This document shows, piece by piece, positions 7,665 through 16,496 of a DNA stretch of 64,000 nucleotides. Position 1 is the stretch's first letter; each line of letters opens with the position of its first letter. The position numbers were made by a program, and so were the translations under genes. Source of the DNA: Spirochaetota bacterium (GTDB taxonomy: Bacteria > Spirochaetota > UBA4802 > UBA5550); the NCBI GenBank assembly GCA_050298055.1, contig JBNKTL010000009.1, positions 2,930-66,929 of the forward strand. Reading direction: 5' to 3'. Under the pieces are notes generated by a model. It worked only from the letters and a program-made list of their open reading frames with translations, made no database searches and was not told where the DNA came from.

Positions 7665-10547
7665 TCATATTCTCTTTCTGTAGAGGTTATCTGAAAATCC
7701 TATTTGCCATTTCACACCCCGTTTTGTTTCGAAATGAATATGTCCTTTCAGCTGGGACTCAGTCAAACCATAGACAATCTCAGTGCCCATACGGCCTTCC
7801 TGTTTAAAATCAAATCCCCGGGGAACTCCCACACCGTTATCTTCCACTGAGAAACAGACTTCTCCTTCATCGGTTCTTTTTAGCCGGATCTTAATAAAAC
7901 CTTTTCTGCCATGGGGAAAAGCATATTTAAGAGCGTTTGTTATCAACTCATTGAGAATCAGGCCGCAGGGGACGGCATAGTCCACCTCAACAAAGACATC
8001 ATCTATTTCCGAAATTAATGAAACCTTATCGGATGAAAGGTTGTAGCTCGACATAAGAATCGAGATTAAATCGCTTATATAGCTTTTTAAATTGATACGG
8101 GAAAGCTCTTTTGTGTCATAGAGTTTCTGGTGAACAAGGGCCATGGAACGAATACGTCCCTGGGCGTCAACCAGCAGCTGGTGCCATCGCGGATCATCAA
8201 AATACCGCGACTGTATTTCCAGAAGGGAGACAATTACGGCCATATTGTTTTTCGTGCGGTGGTGCAGCTCGCGAAGCAGGGTCTTGATCTCGCGGTACAT
8301 GAGCAGTGTTGTCAGACTGCCGGCAATCCGTCTGCCAATTTCCTGAAAGAGCCGTTCCTCATCCGCGGTCCAGACCCGGTCATATGAGCACTGTTGCAGT
8401 CCGAATTCCCACGGTTTGCTGTTAACGGGATAGAGGGCCATACTGATAAAGGACTTAAGTTGATAATTTTCTCTGATCTCCGCTGAGAGAGGGTCTTTTG
8501 ATTTCGAATCGAACTTTATAGGGATGTCAGATTCCAAAAGCATACGCATTTTTTCAGACATTGTGGAATCCATGGGTATCTCTGTGGCCCGGCTGCCTGC
8601 GCCGGGATATTCCGGTTTGTTCCGTTCTATGGGAATGTTCCATGAGCCAGACTCCGGGTCGCAGGGGTAAAGGAGAAATGTCCGGTCACAGTGGAATATG
8701 CCCATGACTTCATCCAGCACCTTCCCCATCATTTCTTCGAGGTCATTTGTTCCCTGCATGGCGCGGTTGATCCTGTCCAGTCCTTCAAGAAAATGGAGAT
8801 TTGACAGGTTTTTCTTTTCCAGTTCCTTCTTTTTTGTTATATCGTCTATTGCCACGATCAGGGATATTGATTCGTCGATCATTACGGGTTCGATACTGAC
8901 ATTAAGCCAGCGTTCTACCGATTTTCCGTCAATGTGAAGATGGATTAAAATCTCTTTCCCGTATATGCTCTTTTTCTCGTTCTTTGCGGTTTCCAGTCCC
9001 TGAAAAAATGAACAATCCAAACACTTTTCAGATAAAGGGTACCCTGTGGGGTTTTCACTGCAGTGGATACATCCCAGTCCTTCACCAAGCAGTTTGCCGA
9101 TGATTTCCGCGGGTTCACGAGACACAATGGAGCCAATGGTTTTATTGGCCTGTTGTATGACCATCCGGTTGTCAACCAGGAGAAGACCTACAGGCGCAGT
9201 GGCCAGTGTCTTATAGAAATTTTCCCGTTCACGGACAATACGCGCTTCCGCCTGTTTCCGCCGGGTAATGTCCTTAATAATCAGCAATGTTGCCGGTTTT
9301 CCCGAGAAAGTGATAGGGACCCGCGTGACTTCGGTATCTATGGGTTTTCCGTCGATCCGGACATGTTTTTCTTCAATACTCATTCCCCGGGTTTGCGTCT
9401 CATAGTTTTCCCGGGTCCCTTCATTGAAGATTCTTTGATAATCAGAATGAACAAACTCCAGTATATTTTTGCCGTTAAACTGATCGGGTGTTTCACCTCC
9501 ATAGAGTTTTACTGCGGCCGCGTTCCCGTATTTAATTTTTCCTTTAATGTGTACAACAATGGCTTCAGGTGAATGTTCAACAAGTGAACGATAGCGTTCC
9601 TCACTTTCTTTAAGTTCTTCTTCCGCCCTCTTCCGCTTGATGATTTCCCACGAAAAGTCGCCCAGCAGGGAAACAATCTGAATATCGGTCTCGTCATATT
9701 CAGTGGATTTATTTCCGACGCTAATGCATGCAACGATAAGGTCTCCCCTGATTATGGGTACCGCAAGTTCTCTTTTTGCGGGAGCATCTTCATCCGGGAG
9801 GTCTTTTTTATAAGACAGGGTAGGATAGTCGTTATGAATAACCGGTTTCTTTTTTTGGATAGCATCCGCTAATATGCCCGTACCTGAAATATTATAATGG
9901 CTTCCCTTTCCCTCTGCGTTACACAGGGTTTTTGTTGTATTAGTAGACTGTGACCGAAGGATGATTGTCTCCTGGTCATCTTCAAATAAGTGAAAGAAAC
10001 TGATTTCACTTTCGGTCTGTGACTCGATCTCATCCAGGACCATGACGCATATTTCATCCAGAGAAAGCTCCTTTGTATAAACCGTTTCCAGGATGTGAAG
10101 ACGTACCTGCATCATCTTTTCGATCCTTCTGCTTTCCCGTATGTGTTTTTGCTCCTCCATGGCCCGCTTTACTGAAGGGAGTAAACGGGTAAGTTTGCTT
10201 TTAAGTACATAATCGGTAGCGCCCCGGGTCAGGGTCTCAATTGCCGCTTCTTCGCCAAGGGCCCCCGATACAAAAATAAAGGGAATATCGGGACAGCATT
10301 CTTCTGCCATTTTCATGGCGGAAATCCCGTCGAACATGGGAAGTTTATAATCGGAAAGAATGAGATCAAATCCCTTCTTCTTAAGAGATTCGCTGAATTC
10401 TTTACGCGTTTGGACACGTGAGAGAGTAAACGCGATATTTCCTGAAGCAATCATCTCCCGGACCAGTTCCGCGTCTACAGGATCGTCTTCCAGGTGAAGA
10501 ATTTTAATTGGTTTTTCCACTCTTTGACCGTATTTTCTTTGTAACAT
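7665..10547 (-). CDS. hybrid sensor kinase: REC-GAF-PAS-PAS(Cys knuckle)-GAF-like-HisKA_2-HATPase
   Basis: N-terminal receiver (ILHLEDDPVD...LILSDYKLPMFDG...YVLKS); GAF with LCNAEGKGSHY; PAC motifs (IIKDITRRKQAE, AIDDITKKKELE); HisKA_2 H-box ELHHRTKNNMAVIVSLLEIQ; ATPase LNELITNALKYAF...VEDNGVGVP. Confidence 0.85.
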   Translation of the reverse strand: MLQRKYGQRVEKPIKILHLEDDPVDAELVREMIASGNIAFTLSRVQTRKEFSESLKKKGFDLILSDYKLPMFDGISAMKMAEECCPDIPFIFVSGALGEEAAIETLTRGATDYVLKSKLTRLLPSVKRAMEEQKHIRESRRIEKMMQVRLHILETVYTKELSLDEICVMVLDEIESQTESEISFFHLFEDDQETIILRSQSTNTTKTLCNAEGKGSHYNISGTGILADAIQKKKPVIHNDYPTLSYKKDLPDEDAPAKRELAVPIIRGDLIVACISVGNKSTEYDETDIQIVSLLGDFSWEIIKRKRAEEELKESEERYRSLVEHSPEAIVVHIKGKIKYGNAAAVKLYGGETPDQFNGKNILEFVHSDYQRIFNEGTRENYETQTRGMSIEEKHVRIDGKPIDTEVTRVPITFSGKPATLLIIKDITRRKQAEARIVRERENFYKTLATAPVGLLLVDNRMVIQQANKTIGSIVSREPAEIIGKLLGEGLGCIHCSENPTGYPLSEKCLDCSFFQGLETAKNEKKSIYGKEILIHLHIDGKSVERWLNVSIEPVMIDESISLIVAIDDITKKKELEKKNLSNLHFLEGLDRINRAMQGTNDLEEMMGKVLDEVMGIFHCDRTFLLYPCDPESGSWNIPIERNKPEYPGAGSRATEIPMDSTMSEKMRMLLESDIPIKFDSKSKDPLSAEIRENYQLKSFISMALYPVNSKPWEFGLQQCSYDRVWTADEERLFQEIGRRIAGSLTTLLMYREIKTLLRELHHRTKNNMAVIVSLLEIQSRYFDDPRWHQLLVDAQGRIRSMALVHQKLYDTKELSRINLKSYISDLISILMSSYNLSSDKVSLISEIDDVFVEVDYAVPCGLILNELITNALKYAFPHGRKGFIKIRLKRTDEGEVCFSVEDNGVGVPRGFDFKQEGRMGTEIVYGLTESQLKGHIHFETKRGVKWQIGFSDNLYRKRI

Positions 10548-10562
10548 TACACCCTTCTTTCA

Positions 10563-11012
10563 TCACTCATCAAACTTTTCAGGTGGGGGTTCATTGATGA
10601 GGGCCCAGAATACACCGATCTGCCTGACGGCATCCACAAACTCGGAAAACCGGACCGGTTTCACTACATACGCGTTAACACCCAGCTTATAACACTCCTC
10701 CAGGTCACTGTCTACCCGTGATGATGTCAGTATCACTATGGGGATCTGTTTCATGCTCTCGTTGTTTTTTAGCTCCCTCACCACCTGGATGCCTCCCATC
10801 TTCGGCATTTTAAGGTCAAGAAGGATCACTACGGGGTTCCCTTTCGGCCGCCCGGAAAAGTTCCTGCGGCAATACAGGTAATCCAGTGCTTCCACACCGT
10901 CACGCACGACTACGGTTTCGTTTTTCAAATTATACTCATTGAGGGTGTTAAGGGTCAGTTCGATATCCATGTGGTCGTCTTCAACTAAAAGAATCCGTTT
11001 AAAAGTTTCCAT
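10563..11012 (-). CDS. stand-alone receiver, Rcp1/phytochrome-partner-like (C-terminal FW tail)
   Basis: ILLVEDDHMDIEL...VILLDLKMPKMGG...IVILTSS...YVVKPVRFSEFVDAVRQIGVFWALINEPP. Its start shares nt 11012 with the upstream kinase stop. Confidence 0.85.
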   Translation of the reverse strand: METFKRILLVEDDHMDIELTLNTLNEYNLKNETVVVRDGVEALDYLYCRRNFSGRPKGNPVVILLDLKMPKMGGIQVVRELKNNESMKQIPIVILTSSRVDSDLEECYKLGVNAYVVKPVRFSEFVDAVRQIGVFWALINEPPPEKFDE

Positions 11013-14000
11013 TACTTTTCTCCTTTGTTGCCGGAAGGCAACGAAAAATAAAATGTCGCTCCGCGGCCCTGTTCTCCCCGGGCCCAGACCCTGCCGCCGT
11101 GGCGGTGGATGATCCGCTGAACAATTGCCAGCCCCACACCGGTCCCCTCGAATTCATCCACACGGTGCAGGCGCTGGAAGACATCAAATATTTTATCTGC
11201 GTATGCCTGGTCAAATCCCACACCGTTATCGCGGACAGAGACAACAGTTTCATCTTCCCGGGACGTACAGCCCGCTTCAATGACTGCCCGGTCCTGTGAC
11301 CGGGTGAACTTTACCGCATTGGAAAACAGGTTCATTATTACAACCCGAAGAAGGGACGGGTCGCCGCTGACAACGGGAAGGCCGTCAATGTTCCACTGAA
11401 TGTCTCTTTCGGCAGTATCAGGCTCGAGTTCCCGTATAACTTCATCTGAAATGATTTTCAGGTCAACATCTTTTAATCTTATCTCAACGCGCCCGATCCG
11501 GGAGAATGAGAGGAGGTCGTCAATGAGTGTTCCCATTTTCTGTGCCGCGCCGGAAATATTCTCCAGGTAGTGAGTGTGTTTCTCATCAAGACCGGTCCCG
11601 GCCCCTTGTCTCAGGAGTTCTATAAACCCGTCGATATGGCGCAGCGGCGCGCGGAGGTCATGGGAAACCGAATATGCGAAGGCCTCCAGTTCCCTGTTGG
11701 CGGTTTCCAGCTGGACGGTACGTTCCCTGACCTGTTCTTCAAGGTGTTCCCGGTAACTGGCCAGCTCCGCTTCCATCCGTTTCTCCTCAGTGATGTCTCT
11801 GCAGACCGAAGCAACGCCAATGGCTTTACCGTTATTGTCTATCAGTGTGGTATTGAACCACTCGCAGGTAATAATGCGGCCGTCCTTGGTGATATTTTCG
11901 TTTATGTTGTGCTGTCCCCCGGTCCGGTTCATTAATTCGTGATAAATCCCGTCAACAAGTTCGTGGACCTCCGCGGGGAGTATTAATTCCTTGGCATGCC
12001 GGCCAATGGCCTCTTTCCGGGTATAACCGAATATCTTCTCGCACGCGGCGTTCCATTCCGCTGCCCGGAAATTTTCGTCCCATTCCAGAAATCCCAGGGG
12101 AGACTGTTCGCTGTGCAGACGCAGGCGCTGGTCTGATCGGAGGATTCTATCCTCGGTCCGCTTCCGTTCCGCGATTTCCCAGGTAAGGTCGGCAATGGCG
12201 GATACGGTTTCAATATCGGTCTCATCGTAGTCATTCGGTTTATTCCCCACGGCAATAACTGCCATGATTTTATCTCCCCGGCGGACAGGGACCACAAGTT
12301 CGCGGATTAACTCGGCGTGTCCCTCGGGCAGTCCCCTGCGGTGCGGCAGAGAGGAATAATTGTTATGGATAACCGGTTTATTTTGAATAATTGAGTCGGC
12401 CCAGACCCCTGCTTCGGAGATATTGTAATGGATACCTTTACCCTCTGCTTTGCAGAATTCGGCTTTTGTTCTTGTTGACCAGTTCTGCAGGGTCAGGGTT
12501 GCCTGGCTCTCTTCAACAAAGACATAAAAACCAATTTTACTTTGAGTTAATTTTTCCGCTTCGTTTATGGTTTCTTCAAGAAAATCATCCAGTGAGTGGG
12601 AGGCTGCGAACTGGATGAGGTGGATCCTTGACGCGTTAAAAGCTTCCGAATTTTTCCGGTCTGAAATGTCCCGCAGTATTGACCGGCTGTAAAGAATGTG
12701 TCCCTCCTCATCGCGGACAGAGGTGGCATTGAGACTGACATCCAGCCTGCTCCCGTCTTTTTTCCGCAATTGCAGTTCCTGGTTGTGGACGACACCTGTT
12801 TGTAAGAATGATGTGAATACCTCTTTGACTTTATCCATACATTCCGGGTGATAGATGTCAAAAACCGGACGTCCGATGATCTCTTCTTTTGAATATCCTA
12901 TAGTGCCGGCAAACGTATTGTTGCATTTTTCTATCATAGCCGTTGTCGCGTTAACGGAGAGATACATATCAGGGGCGTTTTCATAGAGGTCCATATATTT
13001 TTCTTCTGATTCTTTTAACATCTCTTCAGCCTTCTTTCGTTCCGTGATATCTTCATAGATTCCCAGAATCCCGATGACCTCTCCGCCGGGCATTTGTAAC
13101 GGGACTTTGCTTGTATTCAGCCAGACGGTACCCCCTGTAGATCTTGATTGGGGTTCGATGATGTTCATCTTTGGTGAGAGCGACTCAATGACCTGTCTGT
13201 CATCTGCCCGGTAAAGATCTGCCTGTTCCTTCCAGCACATTGCAAAATCGTCTTTTCCCAGAAGTTCTTCAGGGGAATGAAAACCCGCATCCCGGGCAAA
13301 ATGGGTGTTACAGCCCAGGAAGCGGAAATTCCTGTCTTTCCAGAAGACCCTCACAGGTATCGATTCGATGATCAGCTGCAGCATGTTCCGGGACTGCTCG
13401 ATCTGACGGTTAATGGAGTTTAATTCTTCTGTGCGGATAATAATTTTCCCTGCAAGGGGCCGCATTAAAAAAAGTGTTCCCAGGGTCCCCGCAAGCAGTA
13501 AAAAGGAAATAACCAGGCTGGTGGTCACAATCTGCCTGTTTATGGGCGCGTAAAATTCTCCGGTATGGATTCGCGTGACGATAACCAGGTTCCTCACACG
13601 GGGAATGGAGCTGTATGCGAAAATATAGGGATGCCTGTCCCGGGGCTTAAATAACCTGTACTCATTATGACCGCAGTGTAAAGCCTGTTTCATGACAATG
13701 GCAAGGGGTGATTTAATGTTGATATTTTTTTCCCCGGTTTTTTCAGGGGGAAATAACAGGGTAACGCGGTTTTTATCTACCCTGCCCAGAAATGCCGCTC
13801 CTGTTTTCCCAAGACCGGTCCTGTCCTGGAGTATTGTCCGCAGTTCTTCAAGCTGAAAGGCCAAAAGATCAGTACCAACCCGGACCCGGTTCCGGTTAAA
13901 GATCGGGGCCTTTACGAAGAGGTACAGATTCCCGGAAATTAAAACAGGTCCGTCAATTTTTACACCTGTTCCTGTTTCTTCGTGCAGCATCCGGAAGGGT

Positions 14001-14413
14001 TCCGGCATGGAAAGTCCCGCCTGAACAACCGGTTTCCCTTTTTCATCAAAACGGAGGCATCCCACCGCTTCCTGCGAAAAATCCAGGGCGTCCCTCAAAA
14101 CAGGTTTACTGAAGTTAATAAATTGTTGAAGGCTCACTTTTTTCCGGTTATATTGCTCAAGCTTTTCACGGGCCCTGGTACGGCTGGTTATCTGCCATGT
14201 TGTTTGCTCCAGCCTGGTGAGAAACTGTTCTATGTCCAGTTTTTTGCTTTTTACCATGTCCAGCAGATGTCTCTCTGCGTCTTCTCTGAGGTGCCGGGTA
14301 AGGGGGTATATTGCCGCCAGAGCGACAATCACCCCTACAAGAAATATACTCATGATAGTGGAAGCCAGGATTGTTTTTTTTAATTTTTCAATTGTCGTCT
14401 GCGGCATTTTCAT
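11012..14413 (-). CDS. membrane sensor histidine kinase: periplasmic domain-TM-PAS-PAS-GAF-PAS-HisKA-HATPase
   Basis: Two TM segments flank a ~280-aa loop; PAC motifs (YEDITERKKAEE, LRDISDRKNSE, CRDITEEKRME); GAF with FCKAEGKGIHY; H-box FAYSVSHDLRAPLRHIDGF; ATPase N/G boxes (NLFSNAVKFT, RDNGVGFD, GTGVGLA). Confidence 0.85.
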   Translation of the reverse strand: MKMPQTTIEKLKKTILASTIMSIFLVGVIVALAAIYPLTRHLREDAERHLLDMVKSKKLDIEQFLTRLEQTTWQITSRTRAREKLEQYNRKKVSLQQFINFSKPVLRDALDFSQEAVGCLRFDEKGKPVVQAGLSMPEPFRMLHEETGTGVKIDGPVLISGNLYLFVKAPIFNRNRVRVGTDLLAFQLEELRTILQDRTGLGKTGAAFLGRVDKNRVTLLFPPEKTGEKNINIKSPLAIVMKQALHCGHNEYRLFKPRDRHPYIFAYSSIPRVRNLVIVTRIHTGEFYAPINRQIVTTSLVISFLLLAGTLGTLFLMRPLAGKIIIRTEELNSINRQIEQSRNMLQLIIESIPVRVFWKDRNFRFLGCNTHFARDAGFHSPEELLGKDDFAMCWKEQADLYRADDRQVIESLSPKMNIIEPQSRSTGGTVWLNTSKVPLQMPGGEVIGILGIYEDITERKKAEEMLKESEEKYMDLYENAPDMYLSVNATTAMIEKCNNTFAGTIGYSKEEIIGRPVFDIYHPECMDKVKEVFTSFLQTGVVHNQELQLRKKDGSRLDVSLNATSVRDEEGHILYSRSILRDISDRKNSEAFNASRIHLIQFAASHSLDDFLEETINEAEKLTQSKIGFYVFVEESQATLTLQNWSTRTKAEFCKAEGKGIHYNISEAGVWADSIIQNKPVIHNNYSSLPHRRGLPEGHAELIRELVVPVRRGDKIMAVIAVGNKPNDYDETDIETVSAIADLTWEIAERKRTEDRILRSDQRLRLHSEQSPLGFLEWDENFRAAEWNAACEKIFGYTRKEAIGRHAKELILPAEVHELVDGIYHELMNRTGGQHNINENITKDGRIITCEWFNTTLIDNNGKAIGVASVCRDITEEKRMEAELASYREHLEEQVRERTVQLETANRELEAFAYSVSHDLRAPLRHIDGFIELLRQGAGTGLDEKHTHYLENISGAAQKMGTLIDDLLSFSRIGRVEIRLKDVDLKIISDEVIRELEPDTAERDIQWNIDGLPVVSGDPSLLRVVIMNLFSNAVKFTRSQDRAVIEAGCTSREDETVVSVRDNGVGFDQAYADKIFDVFQRLHRVDEFEGTGVGLAIVQRIIHRHGGRVWARGEQGRGATFYFSLPSGNKGEK

Positions 14414-14468
14414 CTGTTTGTATTACCTTGCTTTTTCACTTACCAGAGTTATATCATAAAATAAAATT

Positions 14469-16496
14469 TTATTCATGGTCATTTTTTCCCGGTTTTGGCA
14501 GGGAAAAATAAAAAGTTGCCCCCTTGTCAATTTCTCCCCGGGCCCAGACCCTCCCCCCGTGCCGGTGAATGATCTTCTGGACCAGTGCCAGTCCCACACC
14601 GGTCCCCTCGAATTCATCTGACCGGTGCAGGCGCTGAAAGACCCCGAATAAATTATCGGCATATTCCTGATCAAAACCGGCCCCGTTGTCCCGGACAAAA
14701 ATAGCGACTTCTCCCGCCCGGTATTCACATCCTGCTTCAATAAGCGCTTCATCCCGGGAGCGGGTGAATTTTAAGCTATTAGAAAACAGGTTCATTATAA
14801 CAACCCGAAGCATTGATTCATCACAGCGAACAGCAGGGAGCTCCCCGATATTCCAGCGGATATTTCTTCCGATTATTTGCGGCCCCAGTTCCTCTATGGC
14901 TTTACGAACCAGGGTCCCCAGTTCAACATCCTGCAATTTCATCTCCTGGCGTCCTGTCCGTGAGAAGGAGATAAGGTCGTCAATGAGCTGTCCCATTTTG
15001 TGAGCAGAGGCTGAAATTGTTTCCATGTACTGCCGGTCCTGTTCATCAAGCGCGGCCCCTGTGTTCTTTTTCAGCATTTCCATATAACCGTCGATATGGC
15101 GCAGCGGCGCCCGCAGGTCGTGCGAGATGGAATAGACGAAAGACTCCAGTTCTTTGTTGGAAGCTTCCAGTTCAGCGGTCCGTTCCCTGACCCTCTGTTC
15201 GAGTTCCCTGTTCAACGTGCTGATCTCCTCTTCCGCTTTTTTGCGTTGTGTAATGTCCCGGCTGATCCCCACAATTCCCAGGGCCTCTCCGTCAGGATCG
15301 TAATAGGGGGATTTAAGAGTTTCCATGAGCAGGGTTTCTCCCTCCCTGGTTGTCACCCGTTCCTCAACGCGCAGAGGTTTGCCCTCCTCAATGACCTGCC
15401 TGTCAGCTTTTAGGACCTTCTCTGCCATTTCACGGTCAAAAAAATCAAAGTCCGTTTTGCCGATCTGTTCGCTTTCCGGTATTCCGATAAATTCCTCGCT
15501 TGCCTTGTTGCAGCCCCTGTAGACGCAGTTCAGGTCCTTGATAAAGATAAGGTCGCTCACAGAATCGATGAGGCAGCGTAAAAGAGATCTTTCTTCGGAA
15601 AGCGTTATCTCGGCAATTTTCCGTTCGGTAAGTTCCTGCTGCAGCTGCGCGGTGCGGTCACTGATTTCTCTCTCAAGGTTGTCCCGGGCATTCCGGAGTT
15701 TTTCCCGTGTTTCATTAAGTTCTTTAAAAATGAGATTAAAGGGTTCTCTCAGTCCGGTCACCAGGATTGCCCGGTAGATAAAATAAAAGGCCCCGAGTTT
15801 GAAATAGTGCCCCAGCATGTTGGTAAAACCGTACACGCTTATGTACGTGGTGAAAGAGAGTTCGGAGAGGACAGTGAAAACTATGGAAGAGATGATGAGA
15901 CGATAAACATTTTTAGTAAAAAAGGCTCGTTTCCTGTACAGGAGGTAAAGAGAGACAAGGAGGATAGCAGTTATCAGGTATTCGCTGATGATCTTAAAGG
16001 AGGTGAGTCCTTTGCCTTCAATAAAACAGTCAGGGAAATTACCGGAAAATACTATTCCCATAAGTGCCATGACCGCCGTAGTATATACTGCAAGGACAGG
16101 GCGGTCTGACAATTTTCGTTTTATAAAGAACGGTGCTGCACAGAGGGTGACAGCCTGAAGATAACGTGCTGCTATCCAGAGCTGGGTCGGCAGGTTGGCC
16201 CCGTAACCTTCAAAGACATTTATTCCCTTGTAGGTAAGGGTATGGGCCAGGTCGATAAGGCCGATAAAGGCATAACCCGTGCCGAGTATCCTGAGATAGT
16301 TATTTACCAGGTAACCCCGTGTGTTCCATGAGAAGATGAAGAGCATGAAAGCAATAGAAACAGTTACGATTTCGATAAGGCTGTGAAACAGGAGGTAACT
16401 GTAGAAGCTGGAGAAATAAAGTGCCAGGATTACGGTCAGGATTGCGCCTGACAGGGTGATTTTATCATATTGACTCTGGTCATTTATTGAAAACAT
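14469..16496 (-). CDS. membrane sensor histidine kinase: MASE3-like polytopic N-terminus-PAS-HisKA-HATPase
   Basis: About 7 hydrophobic helices with LIDLAHTLTYKGINVF and QLWIAARY (MASE3-like); PAC SRDITQRKKAEE; H-box FVYSISHDLRAPLRHIDGY. Its start abuts the upstream stop with a 0-nt gap. Confidence 0.85.
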   Translation of the reverse strand: MFSINDQSQYDKITLSGAILTVILALYFSSFYSYLLFHSLIEIVTVSIAFMLFIFSWNTRGYLVNNYLRILGTGYAFIGLIDLAHTLTYKGINVFEGYGANLPTQLWIAARYLQAVTLCAAPFFIKRKLSDRPVLAVYTTAVMALMGIVFSGNFPDCFIEGKGLTSFKIISEYLITAILLVSLYLLYRKRAFFTKNVYRLIISSIVFTVLSELSFTTYISVYGFTNMLGHYFKLGAFYFIYRAILVTGLREPFNLIFKELNETREKLRNARDNLEREISDRTAQLQQELTERKIAEITLSEERSLLRCLIDSVSDLIFIKDLNCVYRGCNKASEEFIGIPESEQIGKTDFDFFDREMAEKVLKADRQVIEEGKPLRVEERVTTREGETLLMETLKSPYYDPDGEALGIVGISRDITQRKKAEEEISTLNRELEQRVRERTAELEASNKELESFVYSISHDLRAPLRHIDGYMEMLKKNTGAALDEQDRQYMETISASAHKMGQLIDDLISFSRTGRQEMKLQDVELGTLVRKAIEELGPQIIGRNIRWNIGELPAVRCDESMLRVVIMNLFSNSLKFTRSRDEALIEAGCEYRAGEVAIFVRDNGAGFDQEYADNLFGVFQRLHRSDEFEGTGVGLALVQKIIHRHGGRVWARGEIDKGATFYFSLPKPGKNDHE

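Noticed and set aside
10999-11280. Look-alike 89-109-aa ORFs (10999-11280, 14423-14752, 19782-20051) with similar sequences (MKRAV.PGK.KLLSLS...), which could be taken for a conserved small-protein family.
   Set aside because: They are alternative-frame read-throughs of the conserved HATPase-coding DNA of the paralogous kinases. Their similarity follows from the nucleotide conservation of the real frame. They have no SD and overlap the kinase genes completely.
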